From Chiloscyllium plagiosum (taxonomy: Eukaryota), in contig NC_057754.1 of assembly GCF_004010195.1 (NCBI RefSeq), positions 7,684,695 through 7,748,694 on the forward strand: a stretch of DNA of 64,000 nucleotides, in the 5' to 3' direction. The notes beneath the pieces are model-generated. The model was not told where the DNA came from. It saw only the letters and a program-made list of their open reading frames with translations, and did no database searches. Below are positions 1 to 14,162 of the stretch, piece by piece. Both the position numbers and the translations under genes were made by a program. The first letter of the stretch is position 1; each line of letters opens with the position of its first letter.

Positions 1-737
1 ATGGTAAGGTCCTAGGGAGTGTTGCTGAACAAAGAGACCTTGGAGTGCAGGTTCGTAACTCCTTGAAAGTGGGGTCGCAGGTAGATAGGATAGTGAAGAA
101 GGCGTTTGGTATGCTTTCCTTTATTGGTCAGAGTATTGAGTACAGGAGTTGGGAGGTCATGTTGCGGCTGTACAGGACATTGGTTAGGCCACTGTTGGAA
201 TATTGCGTGCAATTCTGGTCTCCTGCCTATCGGAAAGATTTTGTGAAACTTGAAAGGGTTCAAAAAGATTTACAAGGATGTTACCAGGTTTGGAGGATCT
301 GAGCTACAGGGAGCGGCTGAACAGCCTGGGGCTTTTTTCCCTGGAGCGTCGGAGGCTGAGGGGTGACCTTATAGAGGTTTACAAAATTATGAGAGGCATG
401 GATAGGATAAATAGGCAAAGTCCTTTCCCTGGGGTTGGGGAGTCCAGAACTAAAGGGCATAGGTTTAGGGTGAGAGGGGAAAGGTATAAAAGAGACCTAA
501 GGGGCAACTTTTTCTCACAGAGGGTGGTACGTGTATGGAATGAGCTGCCAGTGGAAGTGGTGGAGGCTGGTACAATTGCAACATTTAAGAGGCATTTGGA
601 TGGGTATACGAATAGGAAGGGTTTGGAGGGATATGGACCCGGTGCTGACAGGTGGGGCTAGATTGGGTTGGGATATCTGGTCGGCATGGACGGGTTGGAC
701 CGAAGGGTCTGTTTCCGTGCTGTACATTTCTATGACT
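1..737 (+). mobile_element. CR1 (HER1-like) LINE 3' fragment
   Basis: LYRTLVRPLLEYCVQFWSP, LSYRERL..LGLFSLERRRLRGDLIEVYKI and NFFSQRVVRVWNELP, then a 3' UTR ending in ctatga repeats. Confidence 0.9.
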
Positions 738-2488
738 ATGTCTCTATCTCATTCTCTGATGTAAGCGTTGCCAGTCCTTGGGGGCGAGGAGTGATCGAAT
801 TGACTGGTATGGATCAGATTAGCGCCAACAGCATGGGCTTTGATCCCTGTTCCCGGTAGGTTGGATATGGGACTTGCCCTTCCCTATGGGCGAGGCCATA
901 GCACTCAGCAAAGAACCCAGAAGAATAAGCAAACTAGTGGCAAACAAAATATGACTTTGTTTTGTTTTACTGAAACATCGTGCATCACATGTGCGTGTTC
1001 AGATTCATTTACCTTTGCCACTCTGGAGAGTTCTCCTTTACCCTATCTGTCTAATATCTTTTCCAGATGTTGTCATCCATTCTCCTCATCAGATGATCTT
1101 GCTCGCCTTTAACCCAATATATGTCCCATTAATGATTCAAGAATGACCAAAAGAGGGCAGCGTTTGGTAAACCTTCCAGGCCTGTCCTTGTGTTGGCTGC
1201 CCGTAGAATCATACAGCACTGAAACAGACCCTTCAGTCCATGTTGACCAGGTTCCCAAACTGATCTAGTCTTGCCTGCATTTGGCCCAGATCCCTCCAAA
1301 CCTTTCCTATTTGTGTAATTATCCAAATGTCTCTTAAATGTTGTAACTGTGCTTGCATCCACTACTTCCTCTGGAAGTTCATTCCACACACAAAGAACTC
1401 TTAAAAAATAAGTTGCCCCTCATTTCCTTTTTAAATCTTTCTCCTACTCACCTTGAAAATATGACCCCCAATCTTAAAATCCCTCAGCTTAAGGAAAACA
1501 TGTTTCTTATTCACCATATCTAAGCCCTGTCTGATTTTATAAAACCCCTGTAAGGTCACCCCTCAAACCTCCTACACTCCAGTGAAAACAAAATCCCAGT
1601 CTATTTTTATATCTCAGACTTTCTACTCCTGGTAACATTCTGGTAATCTGTTTTGAACCCTCTCCAGCTTACTATAGCAAGACAAACATAACTGCACACA
1701 CTACTCCAGAAGAGGTCGCTCCCACCAACGTCATCCCATCTCCTGTCCTCAAAGGCATAAGCACTGGAGGCAAGCATACTAAACACAGCCTGTCTATCTG
1801 AGACATCCCTTCTCCACTGCCCACTGGGCTGCTGTCTATGGTTAGTGCCAGGCAGCCAGTTGAGCCAATCTACTTCTCTTAACCTCCCCTACCCAGGACA
1901 TTGACTTCAGCCAAGTACTTATTGGGCAGCTCAAGGTCACGCACCATGACCATTGGAAGGGTACGAGAGTCATGGAGACTTTAAAGCAGAGGCCCCTTGT
2001 GTAAACACTGGTCATCAAACATCCTTCTATTCCATTCTAATCCCACTTTCCTGGATGGAAGCTTCACTCACTGCACTGCACCTACCTGCCCCCACCTCCC
2101 CTCCAAAACCAGGAAAACACCTCATAGGAGCACAGGACTAGTAAAGAAGCAGGCAGAGGCAAAAGAAGGCTGGCACAGGGGTGATCAGTAACTGATGGAT
2201 GGCAATTCAGTTGAGATACTTGATCAATTTATTTTTGGAGCAGGATTTGATGTTGGCATTCCCCCTTACACCCACTGACAGCCATGATCTCGGCGGTGTG
2301 AGGTTTTGACTAGCAAATCTAATTAGGCATTCAGGAAAGGCATCATTACTCAGAGGGTGGTGAAGGGGTTGCAGTGAGCGATTCACAGAATGGTTACAGT
2401 GCAGACGCAGACGATTCAGCCCGTCATGTTTGCGACAGCTCTGTAGGAGAGAAATTCACTCAGTGCCACTCTGCTACCTCCTCCCCAT

Positions 2489-2614
2489 TCCTGAAGAAGG
2501 GCTCATGCCCAAAACGTCGATTCTCCTGCTCCTTGGATGCTGCCTGACCTGCTGCGCTTTTCCAGCAACACATTTTCAGCTCTGATCTCCAGCATCTGCA
2601 GTCCTCACTTTCTC
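2489..2614 (+). mobile_element. Short hammerhead-family insertion (core mutated GAAA to AAAA)
   Basis: Same family as 15876-15988; imperfect 15-bp TSD at 2474-2488 and 2615-2629. Confidence 0.75.
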
Positions 2615-4879
2615 CTACCTCTTCTCCATACCCCTGCCCGCTCTTCCTGTTCAAATAATGATCCAATTCTCTCTGGGTAGCCTTAATCAAACCTGCCTCT
2701 CTCCCGTGCTCTCAGGTGGCATATTCCAGACTACCCACTGCCAGAAAAGATTTGCCCCTCTGTCGGTGTTGCCTTCCAATCATCTTAAATCTGTGCTCTC
2801 GTTCCATGAATGGGAACAGTTTCTCCCTTTCCACTCTGTTCAGACCCCTCGTGATTTTGAACACCTCAATCACACCTTCTTCAAAGGAGGACAGTCTTAA
2901 ATCTGCCCCCTCCCCTACCCCACCCCACCGATCCAGCTGGTTGAGGCACCTCATGTAGATATATTAAAGGTTGACTGGAGAATCATGAGGGAGAAAAGGA
3001 AAATTATGTTGATAGAGGGAAATGAGGGGGTAGGAGGAGATCTGTTTGATGCATAAACATCACTTGGGACGAATCTGTGCTCTAAAATACTGTTATGTAT
3101 ATTCCTTGAGATTGCACTGTCAGAAGACTGAGGTTGGTGGTAGTAATGGCAAGGTGATAAAGGTTTATGGCGGCGTAGATGTATGAGAATGGCCTCCATG
3201 GTTCAAGGAGCCACTTTCTGAAAGAGTTCAGGCAGGAGTGAGTGCTCCTGATGGCCAACATTAAGGGTGTTGGCCAGTCTCCTTCCTACAATGGTAAGGC
3301 ATTGCCTTTGTCACCTTGAAGAAACCCAGGGCAGAACAGTTAAAAACAGAACATAGAACATTCCAGCGCAATACAGGCCCTTCGGCCCTCGATGTTGTGC
3401 CAAACTGTGAAACCAATCTGAAGCCCATCTAACCTACACTGTTCCATTATCATCCATATGTTTATCCATTTAAATGCCCTTAAAGTTGGCGAGTATATTA
3501 CAGTTCCACTTTCTTACTACCTCTGACATCTGTCCTATAGCTATCGCCCCTCAAGTTAAAGAAAGCTATGTCCCCTAGTGCTAGCCATCACCATCTGAGG
3601 AAAAAGGCTGTCACTGTCCACCCTATCTAATCATCTTATATGTCTGTATTAAGTCATCTCTCAACCTTCTTCTCTCTAACGAAAACAGCCTCAAGTCCCT
3701 TAGCCTTTCCTCATAAGACCTTCCCTCCATACCAGGCAGCATCCTGGTAAATCTCTTCTGCAACCTTTCCAAAGCTTCTTACAATGCAGCGACCAGAACT
3801 GTACACAGTACTCCACACCGGAGTTTTATCCAGAGGTGATTTTGAAAGGCCCGGGCAGTGTTGTTCAGTGCCCTGTGAGTTGTGACTGCAGCAGTTGGGA
3901 TAGCTCAATGATCTTCTCCAAAGGATCATCTCAGATTCTGATCCTCTGTTGATGTGCGAGAAGGGGGTCGTAGAGTACTACAGCATACAAACAGGCCCTT
4001 CGGCCCACCACGTCCATGCCACACTGAGCTACACTAATCCCATTTAACTGCATAAATGGTCCATAGCTTCGCATGCCCTGGCATTTTTAGCACTACTTCA
4101 AATGTTGCAGGGTTACCTGCCTCCACCACCCTCTTGGGGAAGACGTTCCGGAACAAAAACAAATTGTTGGCAAAACAGAACCGGTCTGGCAACACCTGTG
4201 GGAAGAAAGTACAATTAACATTTGGAGTCCGGTGACTCTTCATCGGGGATATGTGTTAGCAGTGAGGGAGAAGTGGTATTTATGCTGAAGATGAAGTTGG
4301 GGAGAGGGGAGATTAGCAGATAAGTGGAGATGGAGACCAGGGGAGAGAGAGAGAGAGAGAGATGAAAGAGGTAGGTAAACAAGGAGATTATGGATAGCAG
4401 GCCCAGGGCAGTGGTAATAAGAGTTGGAGAGAATGGGTGGGTAAGCTGTACTAAAAGCAGAGCCGAGATTAGAGTGGTGCTGGAAAAACACAGCAGGTCA
4501 GGCAGCATCCGAGGAACAGGAAAATCGANNNNNNNNNNNNNNNNNNNNNNNNNNNNNNNNNNNNNNNNNNNNNNNNNNNNNNNNNNNNNNNNNNNNNNNN
4601 NNNNNNNNNNNNNNNNNNNNNNNNNNNNNNNNNNNNNNNNNNNNNNNNNNNNNNNNNNNNNNNNNNNNNNNNNGGGTTGAAGATGAGACGTTCTTCCTCC
4701 AGGCGTCAGGTGGTGAGGGAGTGGCGGTGGAGGAGGCCCAGGACCTGCACTAAAAACAGCCCATGTAATGTGATAATAGGCAGAAGAGTAGGTGAGAATG
4801 GGTGATTGTGCTAAAAGAAACCCATGTCATAAACAGTGTGTGGAGTGGGTAAAAAAAATCATTGAAGGATGGAATCAGG

Positions 4880-5135
4880 CTCTAAAATTGACACAAAAGC
4901 AGAACTTGCTGGAAAAGCTCAGTAGGTCTGGCAGCATCTGTGAAGAGAAATCAGAGTTAACGTTTCTGGTCCGATGATCCTTCCTTTGAAGGGTTTTGGG
5001 TCACTGAGGGCATCTTCTAGGAAGGATTATCGGACCCAAAACGTTAACTCTGATTTCTCTTCACAGATGCTGCCAGACCTGCTGAGCTTTTCCAGCCATT
5101 TCTATTTTTGTTTCTGATTTTCAGCATCCACAGCT
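4880..5135. mobile_element. Older fold-back hammerhead-family insertion
   Basis: Inverted arms (ctggaaaagctcag..gagttaacgttt / aaacgttaactc..ctgagctttttccag) with degenerate cores at the pivot. Confidence 0.65.
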
Positions 5136-5145
5136 CTTTATGTTT

Positions 5146-6100
5146 TTATCTCAAAGTATTGAACACGATGTTTATTCCTCGAGACGGTAGGCTCCCCCAG
5201 CAGAAAATGAGATGTTTGTGCTGAGGCTTGCTGGAATACTGCAGGAACACAGAGGTGTGTGGATGTGCGGGCAGAATGTAAATCTCTCGCAAAGCGGTCA
5301 CCCACTCTGTGTTTCGTCTCCCCTCAGTATAGAGGAGACCACATTGTGAGCAGCGAATGCAGTAGACTGGATTGGATGAAATGCAGGCAAAGTGCTGCTT
5401 CATCTGGAAGGTGTTTTGGGGCCTTGGATGGTGAGCTGGGAAGAGGTAGATGCGGTAACGTTGCACCTTTCATGATTGCACGGGAGGGTGCATGAGGTTG
5501 AGGGGAAGTGTTCGGAATGGAGGAGGAATAGACTGGAGCGTCCCGGAGGGAATGGTCCCTGCGGAATGCTGACGAGGGAGGGGAGTGGAATGTGCGTCTG
5601 GTCTTGGCGTCCTATTGGAGGTGACAGAAGTGGCGGCTTGGATGCGGAGGCTGGTGGAATGACACATAAGGACCGGGGAACACTATCATTGTTATGGGAG
5701 GGATGGGAAGTGGTGAGGGCTGAAGTTGGGGAGATGGGTCAACATGGCTGCGTGTCCTGTAACAGTAACAGGGAATCTTCGGTTGAGTAAAAAAGTGGAC
5801 ACTTCTGAGACCCCCCCTTGCAGAAGATGGAATTGTCAGAACAGATGTGACAGAGACGGAGAAACTGGGAGAATGGGATAGAATCCTTCCAGGACATGGT
5901 GTGAGGATGTATAGTCAATGTAGCTGTGGGAGTCGGTGGATTTGTGGTGGATGTTGGTGGCTAGTCAGAAATTAAAACAGGTGTCAAGGAAGGGAAGGGA
6001 GATGGACCAGATGGTGAGGACAGAGTGAAAATTGGAAGTTAAATTGCTAAATTTCTCCCCTTCAGAATGAGAGGGAAGCAGCACCAGTGATGTCATATAT
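5146..6100 (-). mobile_element. Penelope-like element fragment (RT C-terminus + GIY-YIG)
   Basis: FACISSNPVYCIRCSQCGLLY...HLIFCWGSLPSRGINIVF. Confidence 0.8.
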
Positions 6101-7735
6101 CTACCACCATCTGGGTGCAAAACAGTTTTCTCAGATCTCCTCTACACCACTTGTTCCTCAACTTAAACTTCCACCCTCTGGCATTAGCCACGTCTCGTGA
6201 TCAACTCTGTCTATGACTCTCAGAATTTTGTGTACCTCAATCAGATCAACCATCAGCTTCCATTGCTTCAAGGTAAACAAATCCAGCCTGTCCAGTCTCT
6301 CCTCATAACGGAAACTTTTCATCCTAGGGAACATCCTGGTGAATCTCCTCTACACACTCTCCAGGGCAATCAAATTTTTCTAATAGTGTGGCAACCAGAA
6401 CTGCACACAATATTCCACCTGTGGCCTAACCGGTGTTTTATAAGGTTGTAACAGGACTTCTTTGCTCCTTTATTCTACATTCCGAATGCCTTCTTCACCT
6501 GTCTACCTGCTCTCACACCTGTTCAGGGATCTATGGACTTATACTTTCAGTACTCCTTGAGAATCTGCCATTCGGTGAGTATATCCTTCCCTTAGACCTC
6601 ACAAAATGCGTCACCTCACATTTCGGGATTAAGTTCCATCTGCCATTGCTCTGTCCATTTTACCAGCTGATCAATATCAGACTGTAACCTGAAACCATCC
6701 TGCTCACTATCAACACCTTAATTTTTGTGTCATTTGCAGATTTACTCATTATACCTTCTATGTTCATATCCAAGCCGTAAATGTACATAACAAAGGTCCC
6801 AGCACTGATCCCTGTGGTACACTAAAGGTTACAGACTTCTAATTACAAAAACAAATCTCCACAATCACCTTTTGCTTCCTATTTGTAAGTCAATTTTGGA
6901 TCCCATGGGCTCTTACCTTTTAGACAAACTTTCCAATATGGAACCTTGTCAAAGGCCTTACTGAAGTCCATGTACACCACATCAACTACATTACCCTTAT
7001 CAAACATGTTTAGTCACCTTTTCGAAAAACTCAAATTAGACAGGATCTCCATGTAACAAATCCTTGCTGACTTGCCCCAATCAATCCCTGCATTTACAAG
7101 TATTGATTAATCCTGTCCTTCAGATTTTTTTCCAATAATTTCCCGACCACTGAGGTCAAACTAACCAGTCTGTAATCACCTGGCCTATCCCTGCTGCCCT
7201 CCTTAAACAAAGGAACCACATTAGCTGTCTTCCAGTCATCTGGAATGCATCTCCTCAGGCCCTGGGGATTAATGCACCTTTATGCCTGCTAAAACATCTA
7301 ATACCTCTTCCTTATTAAACTTTAACATGCTGTAGATTCTCACCATCCCAAATGACATTCCCAGCTACAGTGTGAATACAGATGAGAAATAAGACCTCAC
7401 CCATGTCCACTGGCTCCACACACAGGATGCCCCTTTGGTTTCTCATAGGTCCCATTCTTTTCTTTGTAATCCTCTTAATATACTTACAAAACGCCTTGGG
7501 ATTTTCTTTGAACAAAGAACAAAGAAAATTTACAGCCCAGGAACAGGCCCTTTGGCCTTCCAGGCCTGAGCCGATCCAAATCCACTATCTAAACCTGTCG
7601 CCCAATTCCTAAGCATCTGTATCCCTCTGCTCCACACCTACTCATGCATCTGTCCAGACTCATCTTAAATAAATCTACCATGCCTGCCTCTACCACCTCT
7701 GCTGGCAACGCATTCCAGGCACCCACCACCCTCTT
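6100..7735 (-). mobile_element. Old CR1 RT fragments plus a nested CR1 3' end
   Basis: Reverse strand shows degenerate [18 protein letters not shown] and FADD regions, and KENPKAF.KYI. Confidence 0.75.
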
Positions 7736-7879
7736 TGCTCCCATCTGGCCTTGTAATTTCTTTTTAAAGTAACCTCCTATACTCTCCATACTTTTGAAGG
7801 GGCTCGTCCGTTTGTATTGAGCTATCCCCTACATATGCTTCCTTCTTTTTCTTTATCCAACTCTCAATATCCCTTGACA

Positions 7880-8676
7880 CCACCATTGTAGGCCGGATCT
7901 CAAACAATGACGAGACAGAACACGGGAAAGAGATAAAGTGCTTTTGGTGGCCTGTTGTAAAGATAACAATCTCTCCCTCAATGTCAGCAAAACAGAAGAG
8001 CTGGTCACTGATTTCGGGAAGAAAGGTGGAGGGCCCATCCCTTTCTATATCAATAGTGCTGAGGTGGAGCTGGTCAAGAGAGCCAAGTTCCTCGGAGTGA
8101 TGATCACCAACAGTCTATCCTGGGTGAAAGTCAGGCACCACTCCAATGTTGACAACAGTCTATCCTGGTCTCCCCACATTGATACGATGATGAAAAAAAG
8201 CACAACAATGCCTCTGCTTTCTCAGGGAGCTATGGAAATTTGGCATGTCTGTAAAGACTCCTACCAATTTTTATAGATGCACCACAGAAACCATTCTATC
8301 CAAATGCATCGCTGCTCTGCCCAGGACTGTAAAAATCTACAGGGAGTTGTGAAAACAGCCCAGTCCATCACGCAAGCCAACCTTCCATCCACTGACTCCA
8401 TCTGCACTTCTCGCTCCCTTGGGAACACATTCAACATAATCAGAGATCCTTCCCACCCCAGTTAAAATCTCTTCGAACCTCTTCCGTCGTGCAGCAGATC
8501 CAAAAGCTTAAATGCACATATCAATAGATTCAAGAACAGCTTCTTCTCCGATGTTATTAGACTTCTGAATGGACCTCTCAAATTTTAAATTTAATGTTGA
8601 TCTCGCTCTCTGTGCACCTTCTCTGCAGCCGTAACGTTTTACTCCTCACTCTGTTCTATGACCCTAATGTATTTTG
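7880..8676 (+). mobile_element. Rex1/Babar-like LINE 3' fragment
   Basis: CKDNNLSLNVSKTEELVTDF..INSAEVELV..KFLGV.ITNSLSW; DPSHP; RFKNSFF. Confidence 0.75.
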
Positions 8677-8677
8677 T

Positions 8678-8984
8678 GATTAGATTCCCTACAGTGTGGA
8701 AACAGGCCCTTCAGCCCAACCAGTCCACACCGACCCTCCAAAGAGTAACCCACCCAGGCCCATTTCCCTCTGACTAATGCACCTAACACAATGGACAATT
8801 TAGCATGGCCAATTCACCTGACTTGCACATCTGTGGGAGGAAACCGGAGCACCCGGAGGAAACCCACGCAGACACGGGGAGAATGTGCAAATTCCACACA
8901 GACAGTCGCCTGAGGCTGGAATCGAACCTGGGACCCTGGTGCTGTGAGGCAGCAATGCTAACCCACTGAGCCACCGTGCTGCCC
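8678..8984 (-). mobile_element. HE1-like tRNA-derived V-SINE
   Basis: Minus strand: GGGCAGCACGGTGGCTCAGTGG (A box) ... GGTTCGATTCC (B box), central domain, and a (tctaa)n tail. Confidence 0.85.
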
Positions 8985-11052
8985 TATTCTGTTACCCTAA
9001 TGCATTTTATATGGTATGGTCTGCCTGTACTGCATGCAAAACAAAGTTTTTCACTGTACCTAGGTACAGGTGACAATAATAAATCAGATCAAATCAAAAT
9101 CAAAGACATTCAGGATTCCCTGGATTTGCTACCCTTGCCCCTTAACAGGGAAAACATCCAGCACCAAACAGCACTGTTGTGAATCAGAAAAGGTCCAAGT
9201 TTGGCCAAACCATTGATGACCATCCTCAAAACCTGTTCGAATTGAGGTTGGAAGGGTGCGCAGTTCCCCTTTCTCTTCCCACTCTTCCAAGAGTCAGACC
9301 AAATTCTAAATTCAACCCATTTGGTATCAAGGTCAATTGTATCAGTCTTAGGATTGTATGAGGTTCAGTATTAAGAACAAATTCAGGTCTTTTTCAGTCA
9401 ACAATTATAACTAGTTTATTGCAAAATCAAAACTAGAGATGCAAAGAATATTGACAAACAGTTTGAATTGTGCAAATATATTTATACAGCCTTTTGAAAA
9501 TGAAGCTAACACACACACACACACAATAGTTGGGGGGGATAGTTAAAACTGTGCCAATTCCTAACTTTAAGGTACTTTGGCCAGGTAATATTTAGATTCA
9601 GCAAAGAGGATTGTCCGAAATGGAATTCCAAAGACGTGTCGTACAAAACTTGAGACATTAATTCTGCTTCGGTCTCCACAGATGCTAGCAGACTTGCTGA
9701 GTTTCTCCAGCCTTTTCTGTTTTTCTTTCAGATTTCCAGGATCCTCAGTGTTTTGCGAATTCCGTTTTATTTAAGTTTATCACCAGTTTTGCTTCTCGTG
9801 GTTGTTCAAGGAGCTCTGCCAACTGTACCACGTGATCTTTCCAGGACTTACAAAAGATCACTACGTCGTCCAAATAGACTGCACAGTTTGTTAACCCAGC
9901 CACAACTCTGTCATGAGTCTTTGGAATGTGGCAGGTGCGTTCTTCATTCCAAAGGGCATCACTTTAAACTGATTTAGCCCACTTGAGGTTACAAACGCAG
10001 AAATTTCTTTTGCCGTCTCTGATAAAGGTACCTGCCAGTAACCACGCAGTAAGTCCAACTTGGTGATGTAACTGGCTTGTCCGACTTTCTCAATACTGTC
10101 CTCCAATTTAGGAATTGGATATGAGTCCGATTTAGTACTGGCATTGACTTTCCGATAATCCACGCGGAATCGTTGAGTCTCATTTGATTTGGAAACAAAG
10201 ACGGTCAGCGAACTCCACTCACTCTGGCTCCATCTCCATCAGGACCTGTCTGGCTTTGAAAAGATTAAGCCCGATAGGGGTGTTGTTTTATCAGAGCAGT
10301 ATTCCCTATGTCTACTTCATGTACAATAGCATTAGTCCTCCCCATCTGATTCTTACATATGTCCTTATCCAACAATAACAAATCTTTCAACTGCTTTTCA
10401 CGCTCCTGAGACAAATAGTTTACTAACCTATCCCATTCCTCAAGGACGTCTTCATTTTTTAATCTATTTTGAGGCATCTCAAAATCCATATCAACTGGAT
10501 TTGATTCCTCACTCTGCGGGACAGTAACTAACACCTGTTTCTCCAGTCCTTTCTCTCTAGTATAGTATGGTTTCAATATGTTCACATTGACATACCTGAT
10601 ACCTGTTTTCTCAATCTGGCATCTTTACTAGATAGTTCACCTGACTCAACTTTTTCTCAATTTGATAGGGACCACTAAACCTGGCTTTGAAGGGATCTCC
10701 TACAGTACTAATACGTCATCCCCTCGGGAAAACATCTGAGTCTCAGAGCTTTTATCTGCTACCTGCTTCATTTTACACTGTGCCCTCTTTAGGTGCTGTT
10801 TGGCTAACTCACCTACTCGACTTAATCTCTCCCTCACCCCCGATACACAATGTAAATGTGAGATCTCTGACATTGGTCCCGTCAATTTTTCTTTAATTGC
10901 ACTTCATGCCCGAATATTAATTCAAAAGAGAGTGTACTAAGTAGATTCATTTGGGGCATCTCTAACGGCAAACAATACAAATGGGATGCCTTTATCCCCA
11001 TCATTCAGGTAATCCTGACTGCACGCTCTCAACATGGTCTTCAGGGTCTGAT

Positions 11053-11274
11053 TTGAAGTTGAAACTTTATTGCTGGAACAGCACAGCAGGTCAGGCAGTA
11101 TCCAGGGAACAGGAGATTCGACGTTTCGGGCACAGGCCCTTCTTCAGGCCTGAAGAAGGGCCTGTGCCCGAAACGTCGAATCTCCTGTTCCCTGGATGCT
11201 GCCTGACCTGCTGTGCTGTTCCAGCAATAAAGTTTCAACTTTGATCTCCAGCATCTGCAGACCTCACTTTCTCC
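11053..11274. mobile_element. Short fold-back Penelope-derived insertion with two opposed hammerhead cores
   Basis: Near-perfect ~95-bp inverted arms pivoting at cttcaggcctgaag; 15-bp TSD tcttcagggtctgat at 11038-11052 and 11275-11289; inserted in the gypsy integrase. Confidence 0.85.
11150..11177 (+). ncRNA. Minimal type I hammerhead ribozyme core (mirror copy at 11120-11147 on -)
   Basis: CTGAAGA-A-GGGC-ctgt-GCCC-GAAA-CGTC. Confidence 0.65.
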
Positions 11275-14142
11275 TCTTCAGGGTCTGATGTCACCTATCT
11301 TGAGCTCCCTGGGATTCAGGGTGATACGCACTGGATTTAAAGTGCTGTATACCTAAGCTATCCATAACCTCCATAAACAGCCTAGCAGTAAAATTTGACC
11401 CTCAGTCTGACTGAATCTCTCTGGGTAGCCCATACCCTGTGAAGCAAGCTACTAACACCTCGACCACCCTTTCTACTCTGTAATGGAATTGCCTCCGGAA
11501 ATCTGGGAGACACATCCATTCTGGTTAACAAGTACTGGTTCCCACTTTTAGTTCTCAGAAGGGGACCTACACAGTCAATTATAACCCACGTGAAAATTTC
11601 TTCAAATGTGGGAATTGGCAACAAAGGGGCTGGTTTTATTACCGCCTGTGGCTTACCTACCATTTGGCATGTATGACGTACGGCAAAAGTTAACCACATC
11701 CTTGTGCATTCCAGGCCATAAAGAATGTTTTTGTACCTTAGCCTGAGTCTTTCGTACCCTTAGGTGACCTCCTACAGGTAGTTCAAGTGCTACCCGTAAC
11801 ACCTCCTGTCTGTATGTTACCGACAACACAATCTGGTGCACTTCGGCCCATTTCTCCTCTGCACTCACCTGCTGTGGTCTCCATTTCCATCTTAGGATTT
11901 TATCTTTCAGATAATAACCCTCCAGAATATTCTCTGCCTCCTTTTCGGAGTACGCATCCACATATGTATCTCTTTTATCGTCTTGTCTTACTGTTGCAAG
12001 TATCTTAGCCTTTTAGGACTAAACACTTCTGCCTGACCCTCTGCCTGTTCAGGTGCTTCTGGCACCATTCCATCAAACAGGGTATCCATTAACTGAACTT
12101 CAATTCCTTCATCTTTCTCTTTACTTTTCGCTTCATGCTATTACATATGATAGTGGGATCTGGTTACCACACAGTCTGGGAAAATACCAGGATATTTCTG
12201 TTTTAATTCCTCAGTTTCTTGGTCTTCCTTGGGATTCTCCACAACAAGCGGCGTCACTCCCACCTTGGACCCTGCCAAATCATTCCCAAGAACAAACTGA
12301 ATTCCTGGAACTGACACTCTGTCAGTCACTCCCACTGTAACTTCCCCAGTCTTTAGATAGCACTCCAACCTAATCTTACATAGGGGAACGCTAAATTTCT
12401 GTCCATCTATCCCACAAATTACCACACTCTCGGGTAACAGATCAGAAAGAGTGCATATTCGCTCATCCCTTACTATCAGCGACTGGCTAGATCTTGTATC
12501 TCTCAAAATGATAATTTCTTGGCCTTCTCCCCCTGTTCTTTCTGAGTAAACTTTACCCACAGAGGCGAATTCTTTGTAGAGATCAGGTAATAACTCCATA
12601 CCCAGCCCCTGCCTAGGCCATGCACTCTCCTGCAGCTCTTCAGCTCTTCTTGGGGTCTCCTTTACTACCTTCACTAATACCACCGGCTTAGCTTCTTTTA
12701 TCACATCTTTTCCCACAGTGTCTTTCTTTAACGACCAGCACTGTGACTTGACGTGACTTTCTGGCAGTGCCCTACTGAAACCACCAGCACTGTAATTTTC
12801 TGTGTCCCACTCCATTTTAGTGAAAATACCTGAGGCCTTTCACCTCTTTTCCACCTCTTGGGCTTCCTTTTTATCCTGTGGTAAATTCTTACCAGTGCTC
12901 TCTACTCTTGGTTTAGTAGTGTAGGATCTCCCCTTCTCCCAACTTCTATCCCTCACAGGACAAAATTCTGACCAGAAACCTGTCTTCTGCACCAACATGT
13001 ACTCATCTGCTAATTCTGCTGCCCTTCGCACTTCCTGAACTTTCTGTTCCTCCACATGAATTCTTACCATCTCTCGAAGTGAGTTTTTAAACGCCTCCAG
13101 CAGAATAATCTCTCTTCGAGCCTCAAAGGTCTTATCTATTTTCAAAGCACCTACCCATCAATCAAAATGACTATCTTTAATTCTTTTGAACTCAACATAA
13201 GCCTGACCTGGTTTCTTCTTTATGTTTTTGAACCGCTGTCTATATGCTTCTGGTACAAATTCATAAGTAGTTAAAATAGCCTATTAAACCTCTTGATACC
13301 TCATCTGACAGAGTGGAAAATACCTCACTAGCTCTGCCTACCAGTTTAGTCTGAACTAGCATTACCCATAAATCCTCGGACCACTCCATCTGCTTCACCA
13401 ATTTTTCAAAAGAAATAAAGGAGGCTTCAACATCTTTCTCATCAAAATGTGGCAGCGTTTTGACATATTTATGTATATCACTACCTTCTCTTTTAATCTC
13501 CATCCTGTTAACTTGACTTTGCTGAGTAAGTTGCAACTTCTCAAGTTCAAATTCTCTCTCTTTTAGCTCCACTAAAAACTTTCTCTTTTTCCTCTCTCTC
13601 TCTCTTTCTCTCTCCCTTTCTCCTCTCACTCTTTGCTCAGCGAAGAACCTTCGATCTCTCTCTCTTTTTCCTCTCTCTTCCTATCTCCTCTCTTTCTTCT
13701 CTCTTTCCCTCTCTCTCTCTATCTTTCCCCTCTCTCTCTCTTTGTTTATCTTCTAATTCCATTTTGCTCAATTGTAATGTAAGTTTTCCTACCTCTACTG
13801 CACTTGTCTATTTCTCTGACACACCAAAAGTGTGTCAGTAATTCCCTTGCAGCTTCAGCTTGACTTTTGTCCTTGGTTAAACTGAAATCTAATTTATTTG
13901 CTATTTCTAAAGTATGGCCTTTTTCTTTTCTTCTCAATGTCTTTCAAAACCCAGAATCTCTTTAGCAATTTTAAGAGCCATTTCTGTCACTTATAATTTA
14001 ATCAACCGCAAGTAACTGAAATTAAACAAATTGCCTCACCTAAGTTTTATTTAAAGGTTTAGGACACTAACCTGCAAGTGTTTAAAACTGCTGGGATTTT
14101 CCATACCCCCAAATCTATTCAAATCTGTCTAAACCAGTTCAA

Positions 14143-14162
14143 ATCACGGACCTGAGCCCCCA
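14143..14162 (-). promoter_or_regulatory. Primer-binding site, tRNA-Pro-like
   Basis: Minus strand reads TGGGGGCTCAGGTCCGTGAT, 3 nt inside the LTR; resembles the tRNA-Pro PBS TGGGGGCTCGTCCGGGAT. Confidence 0.7.

Noticed and set aside
1013..1107. Minus-strand exon-like segment
   Set aside because: Weak acceptor, and stops in all three frames.
8920..8984. tRNA-like A/B boxes
   Set aside because: Head of a tRNA-derived SINE, not a tRNA gene.
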